From an uncultured Alphaproteobacteria bacterium (GTDB taxonomy: Bacteria > Pseudomonadota > Alphaproteobacteria > Acetobacterales > Acetobacteraceae): a stretch of 64,000 nt of DNA. Both the position numbers and the translations under genes were made by a program. Of the stretch, positions 18,791-29,094 are shown piece by piece. How positions within the stretch are numbered: the stretch's first letter is position 1; the number at the start of each line of letters is the position of its first letter. Under the pieces are notes generated by a model. The model had not been told where the DNA came from and did not search any database. It was given only the letters and a program-made list of their open reading frames with translations. Location of the stretch: contig CAVXFL010000004.1 of NCBI GenBank assembly GCA_963761015.1, positions 31,657 to 95,656 of the forward strand. Reading direction: 5' to 3'.

Positions 18791-19507
18791 ATGCCGCCGC
18801 TCGATCCGAACACGCTCGACCTGCTGCGCGGCGTCAGCACGGCGACCTTGACCACGCAGATGTTCAAGCGCGGCTTTCGCAACGTCTTCATGCAAGGCGT
18901 GCGGCCGCTCGGGCCGCTCTCCGCCAATCTGGTCGGACCGGCCTATACGCTGCGCAACATCCCGGCGCGCGAGGACCTGGACCAGATCGGCGTATTCGCC
19001 AACCCCGAGCACCCGCAGCGCAAGGCGATCGAGACCACGCCGCAAGGCCACGTGCTGGTGATCGACTGCCGCGCTGACGCGCGCGTGGCCTGCGGCGGCG
19101 ACATCCTGATGACAAGGCTGAAGGTACGCGGCGCCGCCGGCATGGTGTCGGACGGCGGCGTGCGCGACAGCGGACCGATCGGCGAGATGGGTTTTCCGGT
19201 GTTCTGCGCCGGCCCCAGCGCACCGCTGAACCTGGTCGTCCATCACGCGGTCGATATCAACGTGCCGATCGGCTGCGGCGGCGTGCCGGTCTACCCCGGC
19301 GACGTGATCGTCGGGGACCGCGATGGTGTGGTCGTGATCCCGCGCGCGCTGGCCGGCGACGTGGCGCGGGACGGCGCCGAGCAGGAGGCGCTGGAGACGT
19401 TCGTCCTCGACCGCATTGCCGAAGGGGCGCCGCTGGCCGGAACTTATCCGCCCAGCGAGGCGACGCGGGCCGCCTTCGAGCAATGGCGGGCGGCGCGACA
19501 GGGCTGA
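18791..19507 (+). CDS. RraA-family protein (RraA / 4-hydroxy-4-methyl-2-oxoglutarate aldolase-like)
   Basis: [14 protein letters not shown]...[27 protein letters not shown] and [16 protein letters not shown] match the RraA/DlpA fold family. Confidence 0.8.
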   Translation: MPPLDPNTLDLLRGVSTATLTTQMFKRGFRNVFMQGVRPLGPLSANLVGPAYTLRNIPAREDLDQIGVFANPEHPQRKAIETTPQGHVLVIDCRADARVACGGDILMTRLKVRGAAGMVSDGGVRDSGPIGEMGFPVFCAGPSAPLNLVVHHAVDINVPIGCGGVPVYPGDVIVGDRDGVVVIPRALAGDVARDGAEQEALETFVLDRIAEGAPLAGTYPPSEATRAAFEQWRAARQG

Positions 19508-19566
19508 TTCCGGCGCCTCCACGATCACGTTCGGTAAGCAAAAAGACGAAGCAACGGGGAATCCAG

Positions 19567-21741
19567 GTGAGCGAACAATACGGTCAGGTCGGCGGTCTCG
19601 GGGTTGCCGGGGTTCTGCGCGCGTTCGTCGATGACGAGGCCATTCCAGGCACCGGCATCGAGCCCGCTGCCTTCTGGAGCGGGTTCGCCGCGATCATCCG
19701 CGACCTCGGGCCGCGCAACGACGCGCTGATGCGCCAGCGCGACGCGATGCAGGCCGAGATCGACCATTGGCACAAGAACAACCGCGGCAAGCCGCTCGAT
19801 TTCGAGTCGTACGAGGCTTTCCTGCGCGGCATCGGCTATCTGCAAACCGAGCCGCCGGACTTCACCGCCGAGGTGGCCGGCGTCGATCCGGAGATCGGCC
19901 ATATCGCCGGACCGCAACTCGTGGTCCCGGTCACCAACGCGCGCTACGCCCTGAACGCCGCCAATGCACGCTGGGGCAGTCTGTACGACGCGCTCTACGG
20001 CACCGACGTCATCCCGGAGGACGGCGGCGCGTCCCGCAACGGCGCCTATAATAAGGTACGAGGCCAGCGGGTGGTACAGCACGTACGCGGCCTGCTGGAC
20101 GAAATCGTGCCCCTCGCGGACGGCAGCCATCGCGACGCGGTGGCCTACGCGGTTGCGGGCGGGGAACTGTCCGTTTCCCTGAAGGGTGGCCAGCGCAGCG
20201 CGCTCGCGCAACCCGAGAAATTTGCCGGATTCCAGGGCGCTGCGGAAGCGCCCGGCGCCGTCCTGTTGCGCAATCACAGCTTGCACATCGAACTGGTGAT
20301 CGACCGCGGTCATCCGGTCGGGCGGGACGATCCGGCCGGCATCGCCGACGTGATCGCCGAGGCGGCCGTCACCACCATCATGGATCTGGAGGACTCGGTC
20401 GCGGCGGTCGATGCCGAGGACAAGGTTCTGGCCTACCGGAACTGGCTCGGGCTCATGACCGGCAACCTGAGCGCGCGGTTCGACAAGGCCGGCGGCATGA
20501 TGGAGCGCCGACTGAACCCGGACCGGGCCTATACGGCGCCGGACGGCGGCTCCCTCACCCTGCCCGGCCGCAGCCTCATGCTGGTGCGCAATGTCGGGCT
20601 GCACATGTACACTGACGCCGTGGTTGACGCGGCGGGCCGGCCGATCCCGGAAGGCATGCTCGACGCGGCGATCACCGCGCTGATCGCGCTGCACGACCTG
20701 CGCGGCGACAAAGCGTTGAAGAACAGCCGCGCCGGTTCGGTCTACATCGTGAAGCCGAAGCTGCACGGCGCGGAGGAAGTGGCGTTCGCGGCCGAGGTGT
20801 TCGCCCGGGTGGAGGATCTGCTCGGCGTGCCCCGCAACACGCTGAAAATGGGCATCATGGACGAGGAGCGGCGGACCAGCGCCAACCTCAGGGCCTGCAT
20901 CTTCGCCGCCAAGGACCGCATCGCGTTCATCAACACGGGATTCCTCGACCGCACCGCGGACGAGATCCATACCTCGATCGAAGCCGGGGCGATGGTCCGC
21001 AAGGGCGAGATGCGCGGCACCGCCTGGATCAAGGCGTACGAGGATCGCAATGTCGGCGTCGGCTTGGCCTGCGGCCTGCGCGGGCAGGCGCAGATCGGCA
21101 AGGGCATGTGGACCGCGCCCGACCGGATGGCGGAAATGGTCGCGCAGAAAATCGCGCATCCCCGCGCCGGCGCCAACACCGCCTGGGTGCCGACACCGAC
21201 CGCCGCCACCTTGCACGCGCTGCATTATCACAAGGTGGACGTGGCCGCCCGGCAGGCCGAGTTGACCGCGCGCCCGATCCCGCCGCTCGGCGAGTTGCTC
21301 AGCCTTCCGCTGGCCGAGGGCCGCAACTGGTCGCAGCACGACGTGCAGCACGAATTGGACAACAACGCCCAGGGGATTCTCGGCTACGTGGTCCGCTGGA
21401 TCGACCAGGGCATCGGCTGCTCGAAGGTGCCGGACATCGACAACGTCGCACTGATGGAGGACCGCGCCACCTTGCGCATCTCCAGCCAGCACATCGCCAA
21501 CTGGCTGCTGCACCGCATCGCCAGCGACGAGCAGGTGATGTCGACGTTGAAGCGCATGGCTGCGGTGGTGGACCGGCAGAACCACGGCGATCCGAACTAC
21601 CGGCCGATGGCGCCGGCGTTCGACGGCCCGGCGTTCCAGGCGGCCTGCGACCTGGTGTTCAAGGGGCGCGAGCAGCCGAACGGCTACACCGAGTGGATCT
21701 TGCATGCCCGCCGTCGCGAGGTGAAGGCGGCGGCCGGCTGA
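19567..21741 (+). CDS. glcB: Malate synthase G
   Basis: 724 aa from GTG 19567 ([30 protein letters not shown]). Conserved blocks [59 protein letters not shown]. Confidence 0.95.
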   Translation: MSEQYGQVGGLGVAGVLRAFVDDEAIPGTGIEPAAFWSGFAAIIRDLGPRNDALMRQRDAMQAEIDHWHKNNRGKPLDFESYEAFLRGIGYLQTEPPDFTAEVAGVDPEIGHIAGPQLVVPVTNARYALNAANARWGSLYDALYGTDVIPEDGGASRNGAYNKVRGQRVVQHVRGLLDEIVPLADGSHRDAVAYAVAGGELSVSLKGGQRSALAQPEKFAGFQGAAEAPGAVLLRNHSLHIELVIDRGHPVGRDDPAGIADVIAEAAVTTIMDLEDSVAAVDAEDKVLAYRNWLGLMTGNLSARFDKAGGMMERRLNPDRAYTAPDGGSLTLPGRSLMLVRNVGLHMYTDAVVDAAGRPIPEGMLDAAITALIALHDLRGDKALKNSRAGSVYIVKPKLHGAEEVAFAAEVFARVEDLLGVPRNTLKMGIMDEERRTSANLRACIFAAKDRIAFINTGFLDRTADEIHTSIEAGAMVRKGEMRGTAWIKAYEDRNVGVGLACGLRGQAQIGKGMWTAPDRMAEMVAQKIAHPRAGANTAWVPTPTAATLHALHYHKVDVAARQAELTARPIPPLGELLSLPLAEGRNWSQHDVQHELDNNAQGILGYVVRWIDQGIGCSKVPDIDNVALMEDRATLRISSQHIANWLLHRIASDEQVMSTLKRMAAVVDRQNHGDPNYRPMAPAFDGPAFQAACDLVFKGREQPNGYTEWILHARRREVKAAAG

Positions 21742-21752
21742 GGGAGACGCAA

Positions 21753-22088
21753 ATGCAGTGGCTCATCATCGCGCGCGACGGCACGGACGCCGACGCCCCC
21801 GAGCGGCGGCTGCGGAGCCGCCCCGCCCATCTGGAAGGCGCGGCGCGGTTGCAGGCGGCGGGCCATCTGCTGATGGGCGGCGCCATCCTGGACGACGCGG
21901 GGCGCATGATCGGCTCGGCGGCCGTGGCGGAGTTCGCCACCCGCGCCGAACTCGACGAGTGGCTGCGCACCGACCCCTACGTGACCGGCGGCGTCTGGCA
22001 GCAGATCGAGGTCATCCCCTACCGGGTCGCGCCGCACTTTCTCGGATCGCATTTGGCCAGCCCGCCGACGGGTCCCGGCGCCGACTGA
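21753..22088 (+). CDS. YciI-family protein
   Basis: 3' part of ORF 21108..22088. MQWLIIARDGTDADAPERRLRSRPAHLE...GGAILDD...DPYVTGGVW...PYR matches the YciI-like pattern. Confidence 0.8.
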   Translation: MQWLIIARDGTDADAPERRLRSRPAHLEGAARLQAAGHLLMGGAILDDAGRMIGSAAVAEFATRAELDEWLRTDPYVTGGVWQQIEVIPYRVAPHFLGSHLASPPTGPGAD

Positions 22089-22234
22089 CCCCGCCCGGGA
22101 TTCCGCCCGCGCGGAACGACGGCGCGGCGCGACGCATCCTCGCCCGCGACACCGACGGAAAATTCCGGCGCCGCGATTGCGCGCGCAACCGGGCGGGTCA
22201 GCCGATCGTAGCAACAAACGAGGAGCCACCGCCC

Positions 22235-22657
22235 ATGCCCGCCGCGCCGCGCGTCAGTCATGTGATGGAAACGTCGCTGTATGTCGCGGATCTCGACCGC
22301 TCGCAGCAATTCTATGCCCGCGTGTTTGGCTTCGAGTTGTTCATGCACGACGAACGTATGTGCAGCCTTGGCGTACCGGGCGGTCAGGTGCTGCTGCTGT
22401 TCCGCCGCGGCGCGGCGGCGGAGCCGAGCCCGACCCCCGGTGGCATAATTCCTGCACATGACGGAAACGGCGCACTTCACCTTTGCTTTGCCATTCCGCG
22501 CGGGGAACTCGGGGCATGGGAGCGGCATTTGGCTGCTGCCGGCATAACGCTGGAAAGCCGCGTGGTCTGGGGTCGCGGCGGAGAGAGCCTGTATTTCCGC
22601 GACCCGGACGGACACTCACTCGAGGTGGCAACCCCCGGATTATGGCCGAACTATTGA
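22235..22657 (+). CDS. VOC-family (glyoxalase/bleomycin-resistance/dioxygenase fold) protein
   Basis: 3' part of ORF 21758..22657. AGGAG lies 9 nt upstream of ATG 22235. HVMETSLYVADLDRSQQFYARVFGF...HLCFAI...LYFRDPDGHSLEV. Confidence 0.8.
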   Translation: MPAAPRVSHVMETSLYVADLDRSQQFYARVFGFELFMHDERMCSLGVPGGQVLLLFRRGAAAEPSPTPGGIIPAHDGNGALHLCFAIPRGELGAWERHLAAAGITLESRVVWGRGGESLYFRDPDGHSLEVATPGLWPNY

Positions 22658-23166
22658 TGCCGGAAACGACGGATCGCGGTGGGCTCGGTGTGGCGGCCAG
22701 CACACAGCAGGGCGAGCGGCTCCACAAAAGAAGAGCATTTTGCCCCGCCCCCGTGCTACGTTTGTCAACGGGTGCTTCCGATGCGTGCGGATCGCAAGTC
22801 GTCTCGAAGTCGAGCAACTCGCAACGCCGAAACCGGAGCGCGCTTCATGTATTGGACTTGATGGTGGGAAAAGCGAATTCCGTAGAGTTGTCGTGGTACG
22901 CCAAATCGTCTTCGGCGAACCATGGGCGAAATCCGCGAAGGGGATCGCGCCGGGATTTGCGAGAGCGTCGCGTGGTGGGGAATAGTGAATCGCCGAGCGG
23001 GGATTCATTAACCATTAGCGCCCCGCGTGTAAGCTCGTTAGCAGTTGGCGAATCGTGGCGGCAGGACGGGAGGGTTCCGGGCAGTTGTCGGCGCATGGAC
23101 GGAATTCTGTTGTGCCGGGGCCCAGAGGCGCCTAGAACAAAAAAAGAACAATTTCGGTGTCCGAGG

Positions 23167-23192
23167 AGAACGAAACCCCGGCACTCGGCGTT
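23167..23192 (+). promoter_or_regulatory. Candidate EcfG-type (general stress sigma) promoter upstream of prkA
   Basis: AGAAC-N17-CGTT compared with the alphaproteobacterial EcfG consensus GGAAC-N16/17-CGTT (one mismatch). It ends 27 nt upstream of the preferred prkA ATG. Pattern match only. Confidence 0.25.
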
Positions 23193-23219
23193 CTCGAGTG
23201 CGCAGCAACGGAGTCGTCG

Positions 23220-25167
23220 ATGAACGTCGTGGACGATTTTCTCTCGCGGTCACGCAGGGCTTACGAGGGCCGACGCGAAAGCGAGATGTCGGTTCTGGAG
23301 TATCTGCGGCTCTGCCGCGAGAACCCGGTGGTCTATTCCTCCGCCGCGGAGCGGATGGTGACGGCCATCGGAGAGCCGGAACTGATCGACACGTCCAAGG
23401 ACGCCCGGCTGGGCCGGGTGTTCATGAACCGCACCATCAAGGTCTACGAGGCGTTCAACGAGTTCTACGGCATGGAGGAGACGATCGAGCGGATCGTCAA
23501 TTTCTTCCGCTACGCCGCCCAGGGCCTCGAAGAACGCAAGCAGATCCTTTACCTGCTCGGGCCGGTCGGCGGCGGGAAGTCCTCCCTGGCCGAGCGGCTG
23601 AAGCAACTCATGGAGCGCGAGCCGATCTATGTGCTGAAGGCCGGCGATCACATCAGCCCGGTGTTCGAAAGCCCGCTCGGCCTGTTCGACCCGGACGAAA
23701 TGGGGCCGGAGCTGGAGGAGCGGTTCGGCATTCCGCGCCGCCGCGTGACCGGTCTGATGTCGCCGTGGGCGGTGAAGCGGCTGGACGAGTTCGGCGGCGA
23801 CATCACGCGCTTTACCGTCGCCAAGGTGTATCCGTCGCGGCTGCGCCAAGTCGGCATCACCAAGACCGAGCCGGGCGACGAGAACAACCAAGATATTTCG
23901 AGCATGGTCGGCAAGGTCGACATCCGCATGCTCGAGCACTACAGCCAGAACGATCCCGACGCCTACAGCTTCTCCGGCGGCCTCAACCGCGCCACCCAGG
24001 GGCTGCTCGAATTCGTCGAGATGTTCAAGGCGCCGATCAAGATGCTGCATCCGCTGCTGACGGCGACGCAGGAGGGCAACTACGTCGGCACCGAGAATAT
24101 CGGGTCCATTCCCTTCCAGGGCATCATTCTCGCGCACTCGAACGAGGCGGAGTGGCAGACCTTCCGCAACAACAAGAACAATGAAGCCTTCATCGACCGC
24201 ATCTGCGTCATCAAGGTGCCGTACTGCCTCCGGGTGACCGAGGAAGAGAAGATCTACCACAAGCTGATCCGCGGCAGCGATCTGGCCAGCTCGCCGTGCG
24301 CGCCCGGAACGCTGCAACTGCTGGCGCGCTTCACCGTGCTGACCCGGCTGCACGCGCCGAGTTCCGGCAGCCTGTTCTCCAAAATGCGGGTCTACGACGG
24401 GGAGAGCCTGAAGGAGACCGATCCGCACGCGAAATCGGTGCAGGAATACCGCGACGCGGCCGGCGTCGACGAGGGCATGGAGGGGGTTTCCACCCGCTTC
24501 GCCTTCAAGGTGCTGTCGGCGACCTTCAACTACGACAACCACGAGGTCGGCGCCGATCCGGTGCACCTGATGTACATGCTGGAACAGGCGATCCGGCGCG
24601 AGCAGTTCGGCAACGAGAGCGAGAAGAAGTACCTGGAGTTCATCAAGGCGGAACTCGCGCCGCGCTACGCGGAGTTCATCGGCAACGAGATCCAGAAGGC
24701 CTACCTCGAATTGTACAACGACTACGGACAGAACCTGTTCGACCGCTACGTCGACTACGCCGACGCCTGGATCGAGCATCAGGACTACAAGGATCCGGAT
24801 ACCGGCCAGCTGATGGATCGCGACCTGTTGAACCAGGAGCTCACGAAGGTCGAGAAGCCGGCGGGCATCGCCAATCCCAAGGATTTCCGCAACGAGGTGG
24901 TGAAGTTCGCGTTGCGCTCGCGCGCCGCGAACGGCGGACGAAATCCGTCCTGGACCTCGTACCGAGAAGATCCGCGAAGTGATCGAGCGGCGGATGTTCA
25001 GTCAGGTCGAGGAGTTGCTGCCCGTCATCAGCTTCGGCTCGAAGAAGGAAGCCGAGACGGAAAAGAAGCATAGCGACTTCCTCACCCGCATGGTCACCCG
25101 CGGCTATACCGAACGGCAGGTGCGGCGGTTGGTCGAGTGGTATATGCGGACCAAGCAGGCAGGCTGA
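23220..25167 (+). pseudogene. prkA: PrkA/YeaG-family serine protein kinase, frame interrupted at 24962-24963
   Basis: MNVVDDFLSRSRRAYEG...EYLRLC resembles the YeaG N-terminus. P-loop LLGPVGGGKSS. ORF 23157..25073 is conserved up to ...NPSWTSY. The conserved C-terminus (EKIREVIERRMFSQVEELLPVISFGSKK...RQVRRLVEWY) lies in ORF 24979..25167. The junction reads TCG TAC C GAG (one extra C). Confidence 0.9.
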
Positions 25168-25185
25168 GCAGAAGGCGGGGCCAAG

Positions 25186-26484
25186 TTGAACATCGTCGAC
25201 CGGCGGCTCAATCCACGTGGCAAGAGCCTGGCCAACCGGCAGCGCTTCATCCGCCGTGCGCGCAAGCAAATCCTCGAGGCGGTGCGGGATGCGTCGGCGA
25301 AGCACGGCATCGCCGACGGGGGCGGCGATCGCATCAAGATCTCCGCGGACACGCTGCGCGAACCGACGTTGCGCCCGTCGCACGGCACCGGTCAGCGCAC
25401 CTACGTGGTGCCCGGCAACAAGGAGTATGTCGAGGGCGACCGCATCCCCCGCCCCCCCTCCGGCGGCGATGGGCAAGGCAGCGAGGGCGCCGCCGACGGC
25501 GAGACGCAGGACGCGTTCCAGTTCGTCCTGAGCCAGGAGGAATTCCTCGACCTGTTCCTCGAGGACCTCGAACTGCCGGACCTGCTGCGCAAGCAGCTGC
25601 GCCATACCGACGGCTTCACGCCGCAGCGCGCCGGCTATCAGACCACCGGCTCGGCGGCCAACCTCAATCTGCTGCGCACCATGCGCAACAGCCTGTCGCG
25701 CCGCATCGCGCTGAAGCGTCCGCGCGCCAGCGAATTGCTGCAGCGCGAACAGGAGATCGAGCGCCTCGATCCCGAGGGCGACGACGCCGAGCGTCGGCGG
25801 ATGCTGGAAGGCGAGCTCGAGCATCAGCGCCATCGCAGCCGGCGCATTCCGTTCATCGACCCGGTGGACGTGCGCTACAACCGGTTCGAGAATATCCCCC
25901 GCCCGGCGGCGAGCGCGGTCATGTTCTGCCTGATGGACGTCTCAGGCTCCATGACGGCGCACATGAAGGATCTGGCGAAGCGCTTCTACAAGTTGCTCTA
26001 CTTGTTCCTCAGCCGCCGCTATCGTCACGTCGAAATCGTGTTCATCCGCCACACCCACATGGCGCGCGAGGTCGACGAGGAGACCTTCTTCACCAGCACG
26101 GAGTCCGGCGGCACCATCGTCTCCACCGCGTTCGAGGAAATGCTGCGCGTGCTGGCGAACCGCTATCCGCGCGATCAGTGGAACGTGTACGCGGCGCAGG
26201 CCTCGGACGGCGACAACATGCCGGCGGATAATCCGCACGCCGTCGCGCTGCTGCAGAACCTGATCCTGCCGTGCTGCCAGTATTTCGCCTATCTGGAGGT
26301 CGGCTCCGAGGACGGGCGGCACGGTGGGCCGACCGAGCTCTGGCGGGCGTATCAGCGGATGGCGCAGTCCGGCCAGCCGATCGCCATGCGCAAAGTCAAT
26401 CACCGCAGCCAGATCTATCCCGTCTTCCGCCAGCTTTTCGCGCGCGACCGCGCGACCAGGCAGGAAACCGGAGCGAGCGCATGA
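25186..26484 (+). CDS. YeaH/YhbH-family protein (DUF444, vWA-like)
   Basis: 432 aa. MNIVDRRLNPRGKSLANRQRF N-terminus. FVLSQEEFLDLFLEDLELP. MIDAS-like VMFCLMDVSGSM. Canonical partner of PrkA. Confidence 0.9.
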   Translation: MNIVDRRLNPRGKSLANRQRFIRRARKQILEAVRDASAKHGIADGGGDRIKISADTLREPTLRPSHGTGQRTYVVPGNKEYVEGDRIPRPPSGGDGQGSEGAADGETQDAFQFVLSQEEFLDLFLEDLELPDLLRKQLRHTDGFTPQRAGYQTTGSAANLNLLRTMRNSLSRRIALKRPRASELLQREQEIERLDPEGDDAERRRMLEGELEHQRHRSRRIPFIDPVDVRYNRFENIPRPAASAVMFCLMDVSGSMTAHMKDLAKRFYKLLYLFLSRRYRHVEIVFIRHTHMAREVDEETFFTSTESGGTIVSTAFEEMLRVLANRYPRDQWNVYAAQASDGDNMPADNPHAVALLQNLILPCCQYFAYLEVGSEDGRHGGPTELWRAYQRMAQSGQPIAMRKVNHRSQIYPVFRQLFARDRATRQETGASA

Positions 26485-28019
26485 GCGAAGGCCTCGTAGC
26501 CGACCGGGTGAAGTCCGGCGCCGACTGGAATTTCCAGCAGCTCCGCGACGTCTACGAGAAGATCGAGTCGGTCGCGATCGGCGAAATGGGACTCGACATC
26601 TATCCCAATCAGATCGAGGTGATCACCTCCGAGCAGATGCTCGACGCCTATTCCTCGATCGGCCTGCCGCTCATGTACCGGCACTGGTCGTTCGGCAAGC
26701 ATTTCGCGCGCGACGAGGCGCTGTATCGGCACGGGCTGCGCAGCTTGGCCTACGAGATAGTCATCAACTCCAGTCCCTGCATCGTCTATATCATGGAGGA
26801 AAACTCCATGGCGATGCAGTCCCTGGTGATGGCGCACGCCGCGTTCGGCCACAATCACTTCTTCAAGAACAACCACCTGTTCCGCCAGTGGACCGACGCC
26901 AGCGGCATCCTGGACTATATGGAATTCGCCAAATCCTACGTTGCCCGCTGCGAGGACATGTACGGGGAAGAGGCGGTCGAGCGCGTGCTGGACGCGGCAC
27001 ACGCGCTGATGACGCAGGGGGTCAGCCGCTACGCGCGTAAAAAGAGCCTCTCGCTGCGCGACGAGGAGAAGCGGGCCGCCGAGCGGCGGGAGGAAGAGCA
27101 GCGCACCTTCAACGATTTGTGGCGGACGCTTCCGGACAAGCCGGAAACCGCGGCGCGCCCGACCAGCATCGCCGAGCGCCACCGGCTGCTCGGGCTCCCG
27201 GAAGAAAACATCCTGTATTTCCTGGAGAAGAAGGCGCCGCTCTTGAAGCCGTGGCAGCGCGAGCTGCTGCGCATCGTTCGCCATATCGCGCAGTATTTCT
27301 ATCCGCAGAAGCAGACGCGGATGATGAACGAGGGCTGCGCCACGTTCGTGCACTACAGCATCATGAATCGGCTGCACGAACTCCGCTTCCTCGACGACGG
27401 CGCGATGCTCGAGTTTTTGCACTCGCACACCAGCGTCGTGTTCCAGCCGGAATTCGACGATCGGCGCTTCGACGGCATCAATCCCTACGCGCTCGGCTTC
27501 GGCATGATGCAGGACATCGCGCGCATCTGCGAGCAGCCGACCGACGAGGACCGCGAATGGTTCCCGGCCTTCGCCGGCAACGGGGACGCGCTCGGCACCT
27601 TGAAGGAAGCCTGGGCCAATTATCGCGACGAAAGCTTCATCCGCCAGTTCCTCAGCCCGGCGCTGATTCGCAAGCTGCGGCTGTTCAGCGTGTTCGACGA
27701 CGGCGAATCGGATCTCCTGGTCAACGCGATCCACAACGAGCGCGGGTATCGCGCCGTCCGCTCGGGAATCGCGGATTCCTTCGACGTGGTCAAGCAGGAA
27801 CCGGAAATCGAAATCGTCGATGTCGATCTCGATCGCGACCGCCGGCTGATTTTGCAGCACCGCGCGCATAACGGGATTCAGCTCGACAAGAACGATGCCG
27901 ATGTGGTGTTGCGCCGGCTCGCGGAGCTTTGGGGCTACGAGGTGCGGCTGATCGAAGTCGATGCCGCGACCGACCGCGAGCTCAGGAAATACGACGCCGC
28001 GCCGCCGAGCGCGGCCTGA
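26481..28019 (+). CDS. SpoVR/YcgB-family protein
   Basis: 3' part of ORF 26271..28019. ATGA overlap with the upstream gene. IEVITSEQMLDAYSSIGLP, AHAAFGHNHFFKNN, MNEGCATFVHY, INPYALGF. Confidence 0.92.
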   Translation: MSEGLVADRVKSGADWNFQQLRDVYEKIESVAIGEMGLDIYPNQIEVITSEQMLDAYSSIGLPLMYRHWSFGKHFARDEALYRHGLRSLAYEIVINSSPCIVYIMEENSMAMQSLVMAHAAFGHNHFFKNNHLFRQWTDASGILDYMEFAKSYVARCEDMYGEEAVERVLDAAHALMTQGVSRYARKKSLSLRDEEKRAAERREEEQRTFNDLWRTLPDKPETAARPTSIAERHRLLGLPEENILYFLEKKAPLLKPWQRELLRIVRHIAQYFYPQKQTRMMNEGCATFVHYSIMNRLHELRFLDDGAMLEFLHSHTSVVFQPEFDDRRFDGINPYALGFGMMQDIARICEQPTDEDREWFPAFAGNGDALGTLKEAWANYRDESFIRQFLSPALIRKLRLFSVFDDGESDLLVNAIHNERGYRAVRSGIADSFDVVKQEPEIEIVDVDLDRDRRLILQHRAHNGIQLDKNDADVVLRRLAELWGYEVRLIEVDAATDRELRKYDAAPPSAA

Positions 28020-28180
28020 CGCGCAAGCGGCTGTCGCGACCGCAGCGACCACTCGCCGGCTTGACCGGACCGATCGCGTTCGGCAACTTTCCACCCTCTA
28101 TGGATTTGTTCCGTCGTGGCCAGCCGCGCCGTTGCGCAGGCCGCGCGGTACCCGCCGAGCATTGGAAAGGAATCGCTCCC

Positions 28181-28297
28181 ATGAAGCGTTTGGTTCTCGC
28201 ACTCCTTCTCCTCGCCACTGTTGCGCCGCTGACCGGCTGCATCTACGCGCCGGCGCGTCCGGGCTGGTGCTATTGGCATCCGTATCGTTGCCGCTGA
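28181..28297 (+). CDS. Mini-lipoprotein (38 aa) with W/Y/R/C-rich tail
   Basis: 3' part of ORF 27929..28297. GGAAAGG lies 8 nt upstream of the ATG. Lipobox LLLLATVAPLTG|C. Mature tail CIYAPARPGWCYWHPYRCR. Confidence 0.6.
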   Translation: MKRLVLALLLLATVAPLTGCIYAPARPGWCYWHPYRCR

Positions 28298-28407
28298 GTT
28301 GGCGGCCTCGCCGGCTTCACCGAAAGGTGAGACCGCGCGTCGTGTTTCCACCACAATTCCGCGGGACTGGATATCGGCCGCTCGCAGAAGGAGGAGGAGA
28401 TTCCAGG

Positions 28408-28977
28408 ATGAAATCGCTATCATGCCTGTCCTTGCGTCCGTTGCTGTTGCGCCTCTGCCTGGCCGCCGCGATGGCCATTCCCGCAGCCCTGCCCGGGACA
28501 GCGCATGCGCGATGGGGCGGCCACGTCGGCTGGCGCGCCGGCGGCTGGCGCGGCGGCGTGGGCTGGCGTGGCGGGATGCGTGGCGGCTGGGCCCATCGCG
28601 GCTTCGGGTGGCGGGCCGGATGGCGTGGCGGCTGGGCTCATTCCCGCTTTGGGTGGCGGGGGGCCGGATGGCGCGGCGGTTGGGCCCATCCGCGCTTGGG
28701 GTGGCGCGCCGGCTGGGGCCGGGTCGGCTGGCGGCATGGCTGGGCGTGGCGCGGTTGGCGCCCCTGGTGGGGCTGGCGTCGGGTCGGCCTGGTGGCGCCG
28801 GCGTTTGCGTTCCCGCCGGTGGTCTATGCGCCGCCGCCCCCGGTGGTTTACGCCCCGCCACCGTTGTTGGCGTCCCCGGTGGTGCATCATCGCGCTCGCG
28901 TGCATCACGTGACGCATGTCTCCGCGCCGGTCCACCATGCGTGCCACTGCACATGTTCGTGCCTCCCCGGGCAGTAA
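28408..28977 (+). CDS. Secreted Trp/Gly/Arg-rich tandem-repeat protein with C-terminal His/Cys cluster
   Basis: 3' part of ORF 27961..28977. Strong SD GGAGGAGGAG. Signal peptide MKSLSCLSLRPLLLRLCLAAAMAIPAALPGTAHA. 20 Trp occur in the next 93 residues. PPVVYAPPPPVVYAPPP. Tail HHRARVHHVTHVSAPVHHACHCTCSC. Codon third positions are G/C-rich in this frame. Confidence 0.65.
   Translation: MKSLSCLSLRPLLLRLCLAAAMAIPAALPGTAHARWGGHVGWRAGGWRGGVGWRGGMRGGWAHRGFGWRAGWRGGWAHSRFGWRGAGWRGGWAHPRLGWRAGWGRVGWRHGWAWRGWRPWWGWRRVGLVAPAFAFPPVVYAPPPPVVYAPPPLLASPVVHHRARVHHVTHVSAPVHHACHCTCSCLPGQ
28576..28713 (+). repeat. Three in-frame tandem units (45/48/45 nt) inside the W/G/R-rich gene
   Basis: The units encode MRGGWAHRGFGWRAG / WRGGWAHSRFGWRGAG / WRGGWAHPRLGWRAG. 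Degenerate GGCTGGCG(C/T)GGCGG units extend over about 28510-28790. Confidence 0.85.
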
Positions 28978-29094
28978 CCGTGTTCCGCCTGGCCCGGCCG
29001 GCGCCGTTCGCCGCCGCCCGGGTCGCGAAACTCATTGAAGGCCGCGATCCAGGCTATACATCCTGAGGCGAGTTCGCGAGCGGAAGGCATCGGG

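Noticed and set aside
19525-21705. 726-aa ORF on the minus strand
   Set aside because: It lies entirely antisense to malate synthase G. The translation is Arg/Ala/Gly/His-rich with no recognisable domain. It is a typical high-GC shadow ORF.
22483-23223. Several 60-246-aa ORFs in the prkA leader region
   Set aside because: They overlap each other on both strands, lack coding-type third-position bias and RBSs, and show no recognisable motifs.
28510-28790. Possible CRISPR-like or non-coding tandem repeat
   Set aside because: The units are 45-48 nt, directly abutting with no spacers, kept in frame, and lie inside a well-supported ORF. This is a coding tandem repeat.
27935-29035. 366-aa and 175-aa Pro/Ala-rich ORFs antisense to the W/G/R-rich gene
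   Set aside because: The plus-strand frame has a strong RBS, a canonical signal peptide and an in-frame repeat structure. The antisense frames lack starts with RBSs and look like complement artefacts of GGC/TGG repeats. This is kept only as the stated alternative for the finding.
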